Assembly: GCF_001194135.2 (NCBI RefSeq)
Contig: NC_068982.1
Coordinates: 123,916,297-123,980,296, forward strand
Origin: Octopus bimaculoides
Lineage: Eukaryota
Direction: 5' to 3'
Length of the DNA: 64,000 nt
Both the position numbers and the translations under genes were made by a program. Position 1 is the first letter of the stretch. Every line of letters begins with the position of its first letter. Below are positions 25,583 through 39,836 of the stretch, piece by piece. Under the pieces are notes generated by a model, which saw only the letters and a program-made list of their open reading frames with translations, ran no database searches and was not told the DNA's origin.

Positions 25583-26363
25583 TACTTACGAATATTGGAT
25601 AAGACAGAAATTGTATTTCATGAAAGAGTAGATTAAGCATTATTCTATGATTACATTGCAGGTCTTTGTAGAGAAAGATTACAGCCTTATTTTGGTTAGG
25701 TTTTAATACAACCAAAATGTGTGAAAAATTAACTTTTATGACATTATTTTACTATAATATATAGCATCCGTCTATGTGCTTTCCTTGCAAGAGCTGGGTA
25801 CCAAACTAAATGTTGCTCTGACTACAAAACCTTCTGCATAAAGACCATACATTTTTTTGTATTCTAGTTTCCATAGAATATAAGTGACCAAGTTTACAAT
25901 ATTCTCTTGAATGGGACGCCATTCAGTTGTAGGGTTCAAGGCTAGCAACTTTGAAGGTAAAGGACAAGTATATTATTGATACATTGACCCTCCACCCCCA
26001 CCCTCAGTAGTTGACTGGTTCTTTATTTTAACGATTTCAAAATAATGAAAGGCAAAGTTGGGATATGAACTCAAAATGTAAAGAGTGAGAAGAAATGCTG
26101 CTAAGCATTTTGTCCAACATGCAAACAGTTCTGCCAGCTCATTATCTTAAAGGCCTTATGTATATAGATATACCCAGGCCTATTCCCCATTTTTATAGGT
26201 GGGGGTAGCCACAACAAGACACACACCAGGTATTCCATTCATTTCCCAGCTCAAAGAGGCGAGCCCTGTTCTATGCTCAGTTCAAGGCATAGAACACCTT
26301 ATGTACAAAGCTAAAAACATCTCTTTATTGAATTTTAGAGATCATTCTTATATTTTATTTCCT

Positions 26364-26748
26364 GGTGGCTGTGTGGTAAGTAGCTTGCTTACCAACCACA
26401 TGGTTCCGGGTTCAGTCCCACTGCGTGGCACCTTGGGCAAGTGTCTTCTACTATAGCCTCAGGCCGACCAAAACCTTGTGAGTGGATTTGGTAGACGGAA
26501 AATGAAAGAAGCCCATCGTATATATGTATGTATGTGTATATGTTTGCGTGTCTGTGTCTGTCCCCCAACATCGCTTGACAACCGATGCTGGTGTGTTTAC
26601 GTCCCCGTAACTTAGCAGTTTGGCAAAAGAGACCGATAGAATAAGTACTAGGCTTCCAAAGAATAAGTCCTGGGGTCGATTTGCTCGACTAAAAAGGTGG
26701 TGCTCCAGCATGGCCACAGTCAAATGACTGACCAAGTAAAAGAGTAAG
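26364..26748 (+). mobile_element. tRNA-headed SINE, family A
   Basis: Near-identical to 7316-7705. Confidence 0.85.
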
Positions 26749-27253
26749 AAATCAATTTAGAAGAGTTGAGATTCTATAAAAATGTAATAACAAACACTGT
26801 ATCTTGAGATCAAGGTCGTATTTATCACAGGAAGTTAGGTCTCGTCTGTGTTGATTAAACAGTTTTAATCTCTGTATAATGTGACGCAACTATGCTTTAC
26901 TCCTCCCATCAGACAACAAAAGATGTTATATTATTTTATAAAATATTTAGTAATTCCATGTGTTTAACTATAAAAAAATAGCTATAATTATTTCAGTATA
27001 GTTTACTTGGATTGGTCTTGAAAAAAATTAGGTTAAATTCCATGAGTATAGGATACAAAAGGCCACATATGATGATGACATTTCGATATTTTTATCAAAA
27101 CATTTGAAAATTTTGTATCTTTAGTGTGTGTGTGCATGTGTGTGTGTGTGAGTGTGTGTACGTATGCATGTGTATGTGCATGTATATATACTTATATATA
27201 TATATATACATATGGATGGATGTATGTATATATATATATATATATATATATCA

Positions 27254-29155
27254 CTAATTTAGGGACGAACCATCACTCTACAACTCAGTCAACTCAGAAC
27301 CCGTCCAAATCCATGCTGTGAGGCATATACTATCTTAATATATCTAAGATTTTAATCTAAAAACTTAAATTAAATAACATATTACATAAATAAATCATAG
27401 AAATATTAATTTAAAAATTTAAAAGTTACAATTATAAATTGGACAGTAAAAATTAATACGTAGTAATAATGATAACATTAAACTGTAGTAATAATGATAA
27501 CATAAATACTACTTACATTGGGACGACTTCCAATAAAATTAAATCCTGGGTGGCCCAACATATGAATTCTTTTAAGAACAGAAATTTAATGAACTCTACG
27601 GGCCTTAGTAAATACATTTGGGAACTTAAATCTAAAAGAATAGAATACGAGTTAAAATGGGAAATAGTTTGAAAGGCTAAATCATATAGGATAGGGAATA
27701 AATTCTGTTTATTATGTACTAACGAGATATTAAAGAGATATTAGCTAATAAAAAATTAACTCCCACGATGAACGTAATATTAAATGCAAACATAAAACTA
27801 AATTACTTATATAATAAGTTTAGATAACTAACTTATTTATTTAAACCTAGGATTAGATACCAACTTTAGTTATGATCAGTAGCGTATGATACATCAAATT
27901 AGCTTTGGAATACACTTTAATCATCTCAATATTAGACAAATTGGAACATATAACTACCTTTACTTTAAGTATTCATCGATAACATGAGCAGTCTTTTACA
28001 ATGTTTCATAACATTATTTAAGTAATACATAACTTTCGTATTTGGTATAGTTATTATTCTGTGTAAATCTGAGAGTTTTAAGTATTTTAGTATTATTAAT
28101 CTTCCATAAACTTTTTATTTTAGGTAGCTTTTTCTTCTTCGATATTTTCGTTATTATTTTAGTAATTATAATACGTATTTACCTCTGGTAATGGACGCCA
28201 TGTTTATCACGTGACTTTTCAGTATTAATTTTCATAGCATTATTTACGTAATATAGAATTTTGGTATGTGTATTGTTATTACTCTGCATTAATTTGCAAG
28301 TTTAAGTATTTTAGTATTTTTAATCCTCAAGAATCTTTTTATTTTAGATAAATTTTCTTTTTCGATATTTTCGTTATTATTTTAGAAATTATAATACGCA
28401 TTACTTCTGGGTAATAGACGCCATATTTATCATGTGACCTTTTAGTATAAATTCTATAACACAGGCATTTTGATTTAGTCTACAGCTACCCACCGGCAGA
28501 TAAGTCATGTTTTCTTATTTTAATTTTATAAACAATATTGACATCCGTCTTTTAGTAACTTTATACACTAACACATTTTTTTACTATTATCTACTTATTC
28601 CATAATGTTTTAACCTTGTTTACTATAATACTCTTTTTCAATATTTTTAGACTGTAACTCTTAATAATTATATTAATACCGTTAATGTAGGGATTAGTTT
28701 ACAGATTTTGTCTCTTAATATATATATTTTTATTTCTCATGTTTATGTTTATTCCTTGAATGATTTTAGGTATTTTCTTAGGGATTTGACTTGAAGAGAG
28801 ACTGACTTTGGGAGTAAAATCATTTTCCCCGTTCTAATGAACTTGGATAGAATTTGCTTATGATTTTATATAGTCCTATTTCAGCCATGAAACACGCGTT
28901 GTCTATATACTAGCACTAACTTTTAACATCTATACTTCTATACTGTATATTATCGTATTAATTTTTACTGTCCAATTTATGATTTTAACTTTTAAATTTT
29001 TTAAAATTATTATTTCTATGATTTATTTATGTAATATATTATTTAATTTAAATTTTTAGATTAGAATCTTAGATATATTAAGATGGTATATGCCTCACAG
29101 CATGGATTTGGATGGGTTCTGAGTTGTAGAGTGGTGGTTCGTCCCTAAATAAGTA
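27254..29155 (+). mobile_element. Penelope-like element remnant: GIY-YIG endonuclease fragment flanked by about 200-bp inverted repeats
   Basis: TYIGTTSNKIK...QHMNSF...STGLSKYIWELK...W*KAKSY..GNKFCLLC (27505-27720). 27254-27460 is the reverse complement of 28953-29155. Internal direct repeat at about 28075-28240 and 28298-28460. Confidence 0.8.
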
Positions 29156-29589
29156 ATATACATATATATTATATATTAGAAAACCCAGTGTAATATTATA
29201 CCGATTTTTGCCTGTAAGGTTGGAATAAAATTTTTATTCCCTAATATTGAACATTACATCCTCTTTTGTACAGAGCAATCACAGAATATCAGTTTATTGT
29301 GAATATATATAAAAATCACCATAAACCAAGAAACAAGTTCAACCCTATGAAAACTACAATTTCAAAGAAGGACAACTTAAAACCATGAGAACAAGCTAAA
29401 AAGCTTCACAGGCAATAAAGCACATCAAGCATGTGTTTCCATCATCAACTGTCAATATATCAGATGACATATGCCTGTGTGTGTGTGTGTGTGTGTGTGA
29501 TCATCATAATCATTTAATGTCTGTCCTTCATGCTGGTATGGGTTGGAAGATAAATGTACAGTGACAGTGATGGGGTTCAGAAATATATA

Positions 29590-30210
29590 GGAGTGGATTA
29601 GGGTGGATGTCAACAGATGTGATGGTATGTTCATGCTGGTATGTTCATGTAATGTGTATGAATGAAGACAGTTGTGTGAAGAAATGCCAATCTCTAATTG
29701 TGGAGGGAACTTGTGGAAGAGGTAGACCCAGGAAGACATGGGATGAGGTGATGAAGCATGATCTTCGAATGTTGGGTCTCATGGAGGCAATGACTAGTGA
29801 CTGAGGCTTTTGGTGATATGCAATGCTTGAGAAGACCTGTCAAGCCAAGTGAAATCACAGTCCTGGCCCATGCCAGTGTCACAAACGCACCCTTCAAACT
29901 TTGGGCCTCATGGAGGCAATGACAAGTGACCAAGATCTTTGGCAATATACTGTGCTTGAGAAGACCTGTCACGCCAGGTGAGACCATAGTTGTGGTTGAT
30001 GCAAGTGTTTTGTAACTGGCACTCATGCTGGTGGCACGTAAAAAGCACCCACTACACTCTTGGAGTGGTTGGCATTAGGAATGGCATCCAGCTGTAGAAA
30101 CTATGCCAAATCAGACTGAAACCTGGTGCAGCTCCCCAGCTTACCAGTTTTCAGTTAAACCATCCAACCCATGACAGCATGGAAAAAGGACATTAAATGA
30201 TGATGATGAC
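29590..30210 (+). mobile_element. RTE-clade LINE 3' end with (GAT)n tail
   Basis: HVMCMNEDSCVKKCQSLIVEGTCGRGRPRKTWDEVMKHDLRMLGL, then the RTE tail. Confidence 0.8.
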
Positions 30211-31244
30211 AGGTACAGGTGTAGCTGTTTGGTTAAGAAATTACTTCAGTCCCATTGTGTGGCACCTTTGGCAAGTGTGTTGTGGTCCTAGGACTGACCA
30301 AAGCTTTGTGAGTGAATTTTTGGAAGACAAAATGTAAAAAAAAGTCCATTATGTATGTATATACGTATGTCTGTGTGTATGTACTTATGTGTGTGTTTGT
30401 ATATACTCTTGTGTAGACATGTCATGGATGTAAATAAGTGTCATCACATAAGCAAGGTCGTTCGGTCCCAGTCTGCCATGAGAATATGTTTGGTCAAGGA
30501 GAAATATTACCTTGCTTAGAAACAGGCGAGGATGGCAGCAAGAAGATTTGCCTCAACAAATTTCGTCTGATCCATGCAATTCTGCTAGTTTCCTACCCTT
30601 GGTTAATTGGAATAATGGATAGTAACTAACCTATTCTAGCAATAAATAGATACACACACACACATACATACACCTATATATATAGTTAACATTTACTAGA
30701 GTCAGTATATAAATGTGTGTGTGTGTGCAGGCACACATGTGTACTGACTATAACAATTATTTATAGGCTCTTTACTTTGTTTGCAATGCATATGATATAT
30801 ATATATGCAATATATAAATATATATTTATGTATGAAACACATATTTTTACAGATAGGTACATACATACACACACACACACATGCACATAATGACATTCTT
30901 ATAATATCAACAGTGAAACTCTTCTTACAGCTGTCACAAAACTTTTAATGGGAAATCACCTGGGAGACACCTGTTAGCTGATTATTATTATTATAGGAAA
31001 GTCACATTCTCTGACCAGCCTTCATTAATATGTTCAAAATATCAATGAATGCTGAGAATGACATGCCAAACTGGTTGGCAGCCATATGTTCAACACTTGT
31101 AACTAAAAACTTGGAGACACACTTAGCCAAAAATTATAAGTTTGAATGTAATATATAAATTATACACAAGTTGCTTGATGTCATTCCTCCAGAATCACTG
31201 AGAAACATACAGCGTGATGAGTGAAGAACAGGTAAGAGGAAAGA

Positions 31245-31470
31245 AAGGTGTTTGGAGTTGTATCAAAGAACTCCATATCAACAAAATTGTCCTTAAGGAA
31301 GTGAAACAGCATAACCAAAATCTGCCAATTGTTGGCTAGACTATAAGAAGGATTTTGATTCTGTTCCTCATTCATGGATAATAGAATCACTCTACTTTGC
31401 TAAGATTCCAACTGCTATAGTCAATGCCATTAAGAGGCTGACAATAACATGGTCTACAGAATTATCGTTA
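31245..31470 (+). mobile_element. R4/Dong-like non-LTR retrotransposon RT fragment
   Basis: KELHINKIVLKEVKQHNQNL.../WLDYKKDFDSVPHSWIIESL, matching the W.DY.KAFDSVPH.W RT motif. Confidence 0.75.
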
Positions 31471-33984
31471 AGAACTGAAGCTTCCACTGTACTTAATAAC
31501 AAAGTGACTATAGTGGAAGCTTAGACCTAAACAAAAGGCATTTCCCCAAGGTGCCTGCACTAAGACTGGACCAAGAATCATGTGGTTGTGAAATGATCTT
31601 CACAACCACACAGTTATGCTTTTATCTAACTTATATCTTGTTCAATACCTACTGATTTTATATTTAAATATGACTTGGCCATTCACCAATCCAGGGTTGA
31701 TAAAATAAAACAGGTAATACCACAAGATCAATCATAAATCATTGAATATTTGAAATGATGTTTATAGATTCAATTACACTATTCAATGTTGTTCAGTAGC
31801 CATAGAAAGAAGTTTGTTCACAACTAACTTTCAGAAATTTAACAATTGTAACAGTGGTTTCTTTTTTATTTTTGGATTTCTTTTTTAACTATTCTTAACT
31901 ATTTTAACAGACTAGATTAATATAATGTTTTTGACAACTTTCATTTTTTTAAAATTTTGTTTTGGTTTCTTCTAATGATCTTAAATATATTTTAAGATTA
32001 TATATTTAAGATCAGAGGACTCATTAAAATGATAATGACTGTTAAAGTTAGCTAAGAGGCACAAATTTGGGGGAGAATTATGTTTAGCTAAGTGAATCTC
32101 TGTATATGACCAGTACTTTTTTCATTGACATAGATGACAAAGTAAACCCACATACAAATTGAATTTGGAATGTAAAAATGACAAACTGATTAATGTGTGA
32201 CACTCTGTAAACTCTCTGACCCATTGTCCTCAGTTAATGATATGAATAAGTGAAAATATTTATGTCTAGATTATCAATATGTAGTAAATTCTTATTGAAT
32301 TTTATTTAAAATTATTTTCCATTTGATACCAAATTATATCGATTTCATATTTCTGTTGTGTATGCTGATTTTCAAATTTCCAACTGTGGCCATAAATGAA
32401 AATTATACTTGTATGTCTTTCTACACCAATAAACAACCATATGTTATTGGAGTGGGTTGATTAATATTTAGACCATAACCTGGAAGTAATAAATTCTAAA
32501 ATTAGATTAACACAAATATATAATTTCTTTGAGTTATCTGAATCCTAAGAATGAAATTTCCTTTTTCACTTAATGCCCTCATCTACAAATAGGTCAGTAA
32601 CATAATCTAAAATAACCCTCAAAGAAATATTGCTTCGGGAATCAGTGATGCTACTTCTTCTGTTGACCTTTCATCTGAAGAAAAAAATGTTTTTCATTGG
32701 AAGCACATCTGTCCAAATATAGCCCCACATTTACCGTTGACATAATTGTTTTCAGTGTATCATGGGTTCCCCCCCTTCCTAAATAAGTTTCCAACACTAA
32801 TCTGATTATTCAATGATTTATTCTGTATAAAACAATTTATGGCTTAGGTTTAATTTTTACAGAAATACCTTTATTTTGGAAATTAATATTAAATAATTTT
32901 GATTCCAGATGGTTTTGTGTGTGTGTGTGTGTGTGTGTGCATGCGCGAATTTTCTAATTACCTGTGAGATAATACAATTTTCACAGACATGGATGTGTGG
33001 TTCAGAAGTGTGCTTTCCAACCACATGGTTTCAAGTTCAGTCCCATTGCATTCTACCTTAGGCGAGAATCTTCTATTAAAGCCCAGGCTGACCAAAGCCT
33101 TGTGAGTAATTTAGTAGACAGAAACTGATAAAAGTTTGTTGTGTGGGTGTGTGGGGGGGGGGTGTTTATGCACGTTGATGTTACCTTATTTTGATATCAC
33201 ATAATAGTTGTAAATAAGCATCATCATCTTGCTAGCAGTGTTCTTCATCTACAGTCCTCTCATGTAAATAATATCTGGTCAAGGGGAACTATTATCTTAC
33301 TTGGAAACAGATGAGAGTTTCCAAGTAAGTGATAGGAAGGGTATCTAGCCATAAAAAATTTGCCTCAATGAATTCCATCTGACCCATCCAAGCATTGGAA
33401 ACTGGACGTTAAAATGCTGATAAGGACTGTTGTTGTTTTTGCTGTTCAGTCTCTAAAAGTACTAAATAAAATAAAAAATGGTGTTAAACAAGGGACAATG
33501 ATGAGATTTCATTTGACAGTAGTAGTCCAATTAAACAAGAGATGTTACTAATTAAAGAAATTTATTTTGTTTTGAAGTGGTATATTCATGTTTCATTCTA
33601 TATCATATATCAGAAGGCAGAGTGCTTTTGTCTATTTAACTATGGTTGACTTGAAAAAGGGTTGGGTTGAAAGGCATTGAACAATATATGCAGGAAACTT
33701 CACTTTCTTACATATGGTTATTTACTTCTCAAACCTGTGATATTTATTTCTCTAACTTATGTATCCTTACAACTATAGATGTTAAAGCAAAGTAAAAGTA
33801 GTGACAATGAGGGTTATATGAAAATAGAATATACTCCTAAAACATAATTTAATATGTAAACAGAAAATTACTTGACTCTTTTATCAAGAATATCCAGGAT
33901 TGATCTTTTCCTTGCTCTGACACTGGTTTTAAATGGTCCCATTTATTATCAACTTATAATCGAGTGAGACATTCGAGCGAGATT

Positions 33985-34275
33985 GTTGCCAGTACCGCTG
34001 GACTGGCTCCTGTGCAGGTGGCACATAAAATACACCATTTTGAGTGTGACCGTTGCCAGTACCTCCTGACTGGCCTTCGTGCCGGTGGTACGTAAAAGCA
34101 CCCACTACACTCTCGAAGTGGTTGGCGTTAGGAAGGGCATTCAGCTGTAGAAACTCTGCCAAATCAGATTGGAGCCTGGTGTAGCCATCTGGTTTCACCA
34201 GTCCTCAGTAAAATCGTCCAACCCATGCTAGCATGGAAAGTGGACGTTAAACGATGATGATGATGATGATGATGA
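33985..34275 (+). mobile_element. RTE-tail SINE, (GAT)n tail
   Basis: Near-identical to the reverse complement of 22895-23180. Confidence 0.85.
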
Positions 34276-35685
34276 ATCCTTCATAATGGTCAAGTAGTGT
34301 TGAGGGAGGGGGCATGAGGTTTCACCCTGGATGACAGTTTTATGGGGATGGCTCTTCTTGGTCCACAATATAAGCCTGTATAGGATTGGGGGCCTAGTAG
34401 GGAGAGTGTGGCAAACTCAAGGGCTGCCTTGGACTGCACATACTCTAGCTACACCACTGTAAAGATTCACAGTTGCAAACTATAAACACACACTTGTCTT
34501 CGGGAGACAGTTCAGGTCAATTGTGTTCCAGAAATAAATAAGTTCAAGAATCTTCTTTCATTTAACCTAATAAACAATCAAACTAAACTGGTTGATTTGT
34601 CTTGTATTAGAAATAATAAAAGGAATAGTTTGGGGATATTTTTTAAAGATCTTTTGTGTATTAAATGAAAATCTATAAATTTGATATATGGTAAGTAGTT
34701 TGCTTCTCAACCATGTGGTCTCAGGTTCAGTCCTACTGTATGGCTCCTTGCCAACAAAAGCTTTGTGAGTTGATTTGGTAAATGTAACCTGAAAGAAACT
34801 TGTCTTGTGTGTGTGTGTGTGGTGTAATGTGTGTTGTGTGTGTGGTGTAATGTGTGTTGTGTGGTGTGATGTGTGTATGCGTGTGTGTGTAAATGTGTGC
34901 GCACATTACTGTCTCCTTGCTTTAACATCATGTGATGGCTGTAAGAGAGCATCACCATCATGCAAGTAGTGTCCTCCCTTTCCAATCTTCTGTGGAAACA
35001 TGTCTGCTTACGGAGATTTGTTACCTCACTCAGAAACAGGAGAGTGTTAGTCACAAGAAAAGCACTTGACCATAGAAAATCTACCTCAACAAATTCTAGC
35101 TAATCAATTCAAAGATGGAAAAGTGGATGTTAAATGATGATGATGGTCATTATCATGGTTATGTAACGTTGAAAACAGCTTTTATGTCATTTACAAAAGT
35201 AGTCAGAAAATGAAGAAAGAAAAATAGAAAAGAAAAATGGTAAAAAAATAAAATCGAAGTAGAGGCATGCACATTCCATTCAGTTATACATCATACCAGG
35301 GGAAAACTAGTGTTTCGCTCTAAAGTTTTTTGTGACACTGCAAAACATTCATAGTTTTACCATGAGTGATCGCAAGGTTGAGATGCTGGAACGGAAAGGT
35401 ACCCACCCAAGCATTGTCTGAGATGCCTCTGAGATCAAAAATTTATTTGCAGTGATCCAGCTTTATCTGACATTTCAAAAGCTACAGACTGAAAATGCAA
35501 TTTACAGACAGATTATGGTATCCCAATACTTATTTTGTTCAGCTTCAGATACAAGCAACTCTTTTCTCTGCTGTCACTTTATGTGATGAAGCAAATGAGT
35601 TGCTAACAGTGGCTTCTCATATGAAGCATCTGCTTCTTTCCCAAGAGCAGAAAGTGAGTTCATCTGATCTCTTCCTATCATTTTT

Positions 35686-36213
35686 GGGAGCTGATGCAAA
35701 AACACACCTCTCCTGAAAAAATGCATTTTTTTTTTAAAATTTTTTTCTGATTCCTACATTTTAGATGTTGGAGATTATGAATATGCAGAAAGATATTTTT
35801 TAATCCCCCGCCCCACACACACACATCAATTAAAAATTTTAAACGTTTTCGAAATTTTTTTTTCCTATATTTTTTCTATATTTTCGCTGATGGAGATTCC
35901 GAATATGCAAGAAACCACATTTTCAAAATTTTAAATTCAATAAGCATATGGATATGTGTATAAAGCAATATATAGATATCGATGTCTTCTTGGGGCTAAG
36001 AACATCCTCTATAGGACTGCATCAATTTACTTCAATCTCTTTAAAATAAACAAAATCAGAATTTTAAATTGGGGGGAGAGAGGGGATAATTTAAAAAAAT
36101 TTTTTTTTTTTGCATATTCGTAATCTCTGACATCTAAAACACAGGATTCTGGGAAAAAAATTTTCAAAAAATTGCCCTTTTCTAGGGAAGATGCAATTTT
36201 GCATTAGCTCCCT
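35686..36213. mobile_element. MITE with long (about 100 bp) imperfect TIRs
   Basis: gggagctgatgcaaaa...ttttagatgttggagattatgaatatgcag is mirrored by tgcatattcgtaatctctgacatctaaaa...ttttgcattagctccc. Confidence 0.75.
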
Positions 36214-38160
36214 TCAAAAAAAGACTCATTTAATGATTACATTAATCTCATTGCGATGATAACGTGGCCCAATTCCATTGACAATCCATGAAAATATCCA
36301 GAATTGAAGGGCTTACCATAATTACACCTTATTGCCCCACATATATTGGTCCCAACTCTGAGGCAATGGAGATGTTGACCACATCCAAGTGAAGCATCAA
36401 CTCAGTCTCTAAAAATTTTGGCACCCACAAAAGAATTAGGTGGCACCTTGAGTGCTCAGATGGATCAAAAAGACTTGAAAATGTACTTTGGTTGTTACTT
36501 ATCCCACACACTATGAACTAATTAGCTCTGAGATGCATTTTCATCAATATCACTTAATCAAATATACTGCAAAACTGACAATTTACAAAGTTTCTATTAT
36601 ATTAACCTTTTAATTAGTTTCCTTCATTTTATGAATAACAAAAAAATTTTAATTTTGATATACTCTCCTCCTATACATAAAATTGATGAACCAAAGATTA
36701 TACTGCAAGATGTCAACCTTTATAATAAGAGGTTTTTCACTGCAGTGGCTAACACATTTGTATTAACCAGTGGTTATTTTATTAATATATTCCAAATAAT
36801 TTGGTCCATTGAGAAAACGGAAAATAACTGAAGTGTTTTAACTGATATATTTAGAATTCATTCTTTTTCTGGCATAAATAGTCATAATATGTATAGTGTA
36901 TTCACAGATGTTCTTCCAGAAATAACATGAGACCACATGCAGGAATTTAATCACCACTTTAGAAATTTTTCATAATACACTTGAAGTTTTCCATTATTTT
37001 TCTTTTAAAAATAATATCACTGAAAGAAAACTTTTAAAGTATAGTGCCAAATAATCGATTCTCATTGCAATGATTAAATATTTGCTGGTGATGTCGCATG
37101 CTAATCATATGCAAATCACTTCTCACAACTTCTTTCCATTGACCACCAAAAATAAAATGTGAGTACTATTTCATGAAATGCAAAGAATTCCGTAGAGTAC
37201 CCCACAACCAAAAGCCAATTAATTTGGCTTCTGTATCTCAAGTGCACAAGCACACAACTGAGTAGACTCAGTTCTCATGCAGTAAAGGTTAAAGGCAATA
37301 ATTTTGTTATTACATAAGATTTTAATTTTTCTGATTATTAATCTCATTTTAGGAATGAAAAAATTTTCAGTTATTACCTCTCACACTATCTTTCAATCAG
37401 TTTAAATGAAGCCAGTCTGTTACAAGAAAACCTGAAGACTGTTGGCAATCAAACTTATTGAAACATGCTGTAGATGTAAATAATGGATTTTTTTTATCAT
37501 TGAAGATGGTTTTCATATTTCAAACAATTATATTTTTATTAACAACATTTAGACATCTCATATTACATGTTTTGGAAATATTACAGATGATGCACCAAAA
37601 GAAATATATTCTGAAAAGTTTGTTATTCCTTTTAATCACTTTTGTTGTATATTTAAAGACAAATTAGTCATTCTGCAATAAAAATAATATTTAGAATGAA
37701 ATAAACTATTTTATTTCATTTTAAATATTATTTCTATTTCTGATAAATGAAAAACAATTTTAAACATTTTGTTCTTTACAATATCATATTTCACACTTTT
37801 AACAAAACTGTACCTTGATATTTACTGCATTAGGCTGTACTGGTGATTTTCTTTAATCTTAATCTATAATATATTGTGTGAAGAATTAATATTGGTAATG
37901 GCATGGCTATATCATACATAGTATTGTCTACCTTGCATGCATGATATGCTTAACTAGGTTTCCACCCCCTTAAAATACCTTGAAATTTCTTGAAAAATTC
38001 ATTTGTTGCTTTTAAAATGAATTTCAACAGTTCTTTTTTGACTAACTGGATCTTTATCTTTCTAAACATGTATTTTGTAAAATAGTAAACTTCATTCAAT
38101 ATTAACAGTTTCCTGATATACATATTAACACATACATGCATACATACATACATACTTACA

Positions 38161-38191
<31 letters not shown>

Positions 38192-38269
38192 GTTTGTTTT
38201 TATGTTCAGTTATAATAAAAACAATTTTGCATTAATCTGTTGAGTTGCTCTACACCCATGTTGAGTACA

Positions 38270-39170
38270 AATTTATTATTCTTAAACAAGAATATTATTG
38301 ACAGTGACTTTGTAATGAAATTTTTTAGGGCTTCACAAAAGAATGTGGATGGGTGGTGTGTTTTGGTTTGTTAATTTCTTTACTTGTTGTTGTTATTTGG
38401 GATATTTCCTGTTTTATTCGGAAGGTAGGAGTTATAAGCCTGGTTTGTCATGGTTTTGTTAGTTTAGAAAATTTATCTTGTGCTTTGATGCTCACAAGAG
38501 GATGTAAAGTTTGTTTGTCTATAAGCAATTTAATTAATATGTAAAAATTTTAGCCCTTTTTTTATGGAGGTAGAGTTTATGGGTTGTGTTTATAACTATT
38601 TTTTCAATTCTGTTTCAAATGTGGGTATTTTATAATATACTATAGAAACAGGAAATACCATAAATAACAACAACAACAGTTAAAAAAACTAACCAGCTAA
38701 AACATACCACCTACTTACATTCTTTTGTGAATCCCTAGAAAACTTCATTACAAAAAAGTTGGCACATCCATTTATTAAGTTTTTAAATACTAGGCTATAT
38801 TTTGAACTTTTAACCTTTACATTGTCAAAGCAAAAGATTAAATCCAATCAGACCAAAAGTATATAAAACTACTGACATATCCTATACCTACCTACCAAAA
38901 ATATTCACACCTGCTTTCAAATTTCTGCATACATGAATAAATTCTAAACAATGACATAAATCCAAAGTTAATCAATGAAAATTTCTATAAACACCTCTCC
39001 ATAATAACTACCCACCTGAAAACCTAATTAGCACACTACTCAAGCCCATATAGCCAAGGGAGATTTTAACTCAACAGAGACTATATAAAGCCAAGATTAA
39101 CTTTAATGCATCACAGTTGTTTAATTAGCTGAAACTTCAAAATCACTGTCAATAATATTCTTATTAAAGA
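38270..39170. repeat. Two diverged copies of an interspersed repeat in inverted orientation around 38640
   Basis: cacattcttttgtgaa(g/t)ccct..aaa(t/c)ttcattacaaa on the minus strand at about 38310-38350 and on the plus strand at about 38717-38755; tcactgtcaataatattctt shared at about 38270-38290 (-) and 39143-39162 (+). Confidence 0.55.
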
Positions 39171-39172
39171 AT

Positions 39173-39220
<48 letters not shown>

Positions 39221-39759
39221 CATAAAAGTATGGTACATTTACATTTTGGCTCAGACTTCTTAAATAATAAAATTCTTAGATTCTGATAATGAAGATCCTA
39301 CAACATAGTAACACATTTATTTATTGTTTGTCATAAACAGTTTATAGAAGAAAATCACATGATAGTATAACTTAAGCTTATATCAGTTATTATGATGGGT
39401 CTTTGTATTTTGCATGTGACATTACTTGGCAATAGTGTCTTCAACATAAAAGCAAATAATTAATTTTTAAAAATTTAATATTGGTTTGAATTATATTTTT
39501 GTATCTATCATTTAACACTTTTCATTTTTTATTTTTCCTTATATATGAAATAATGAGAAGATTATTCTTCCAAAACATCTTAATATCAAAAGATTTGTTT
39601 CTTCCTTTTGCTCAGATATTTTGTTTCGTTCTTAACCTAATTATTAGATGTGACTAAGTTATCGACATGTTTGATTCATTTAACTAATATTCATATTTCA
39701 TGTGAAACAAAAAAAATAATCAATCTGGAAAATGTTTTTTTTTTTTCTTCTTGTTAAAG

Positions 39760-39836
39760 CGTCTCAAACTGGAACAGAGGAAATACCTCATTATCATCTA
39801 TTAAGAGAAATTATGCGACGAAAAAACCCCAACTAG
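39760..39836 (+). CDS. Candidate alternative terminal exon (speculative)
   Basis: t12-cttcttgttaaag acceptor; the phase-1 frame gives ASQTGTEEIPHYHLLREIMRRKNPN*; AATAAA signals downstream; no homology support. Confidence 0.2.

Noticed and set aside
35570-35712. Minus-strand exon RGVFLHQLPKMIGRDQ... after a ttttttcag acceptor
   Set aside because: The acceptor lies inside the MITE terminal repeat and the frame ends in a stop without a usable donor
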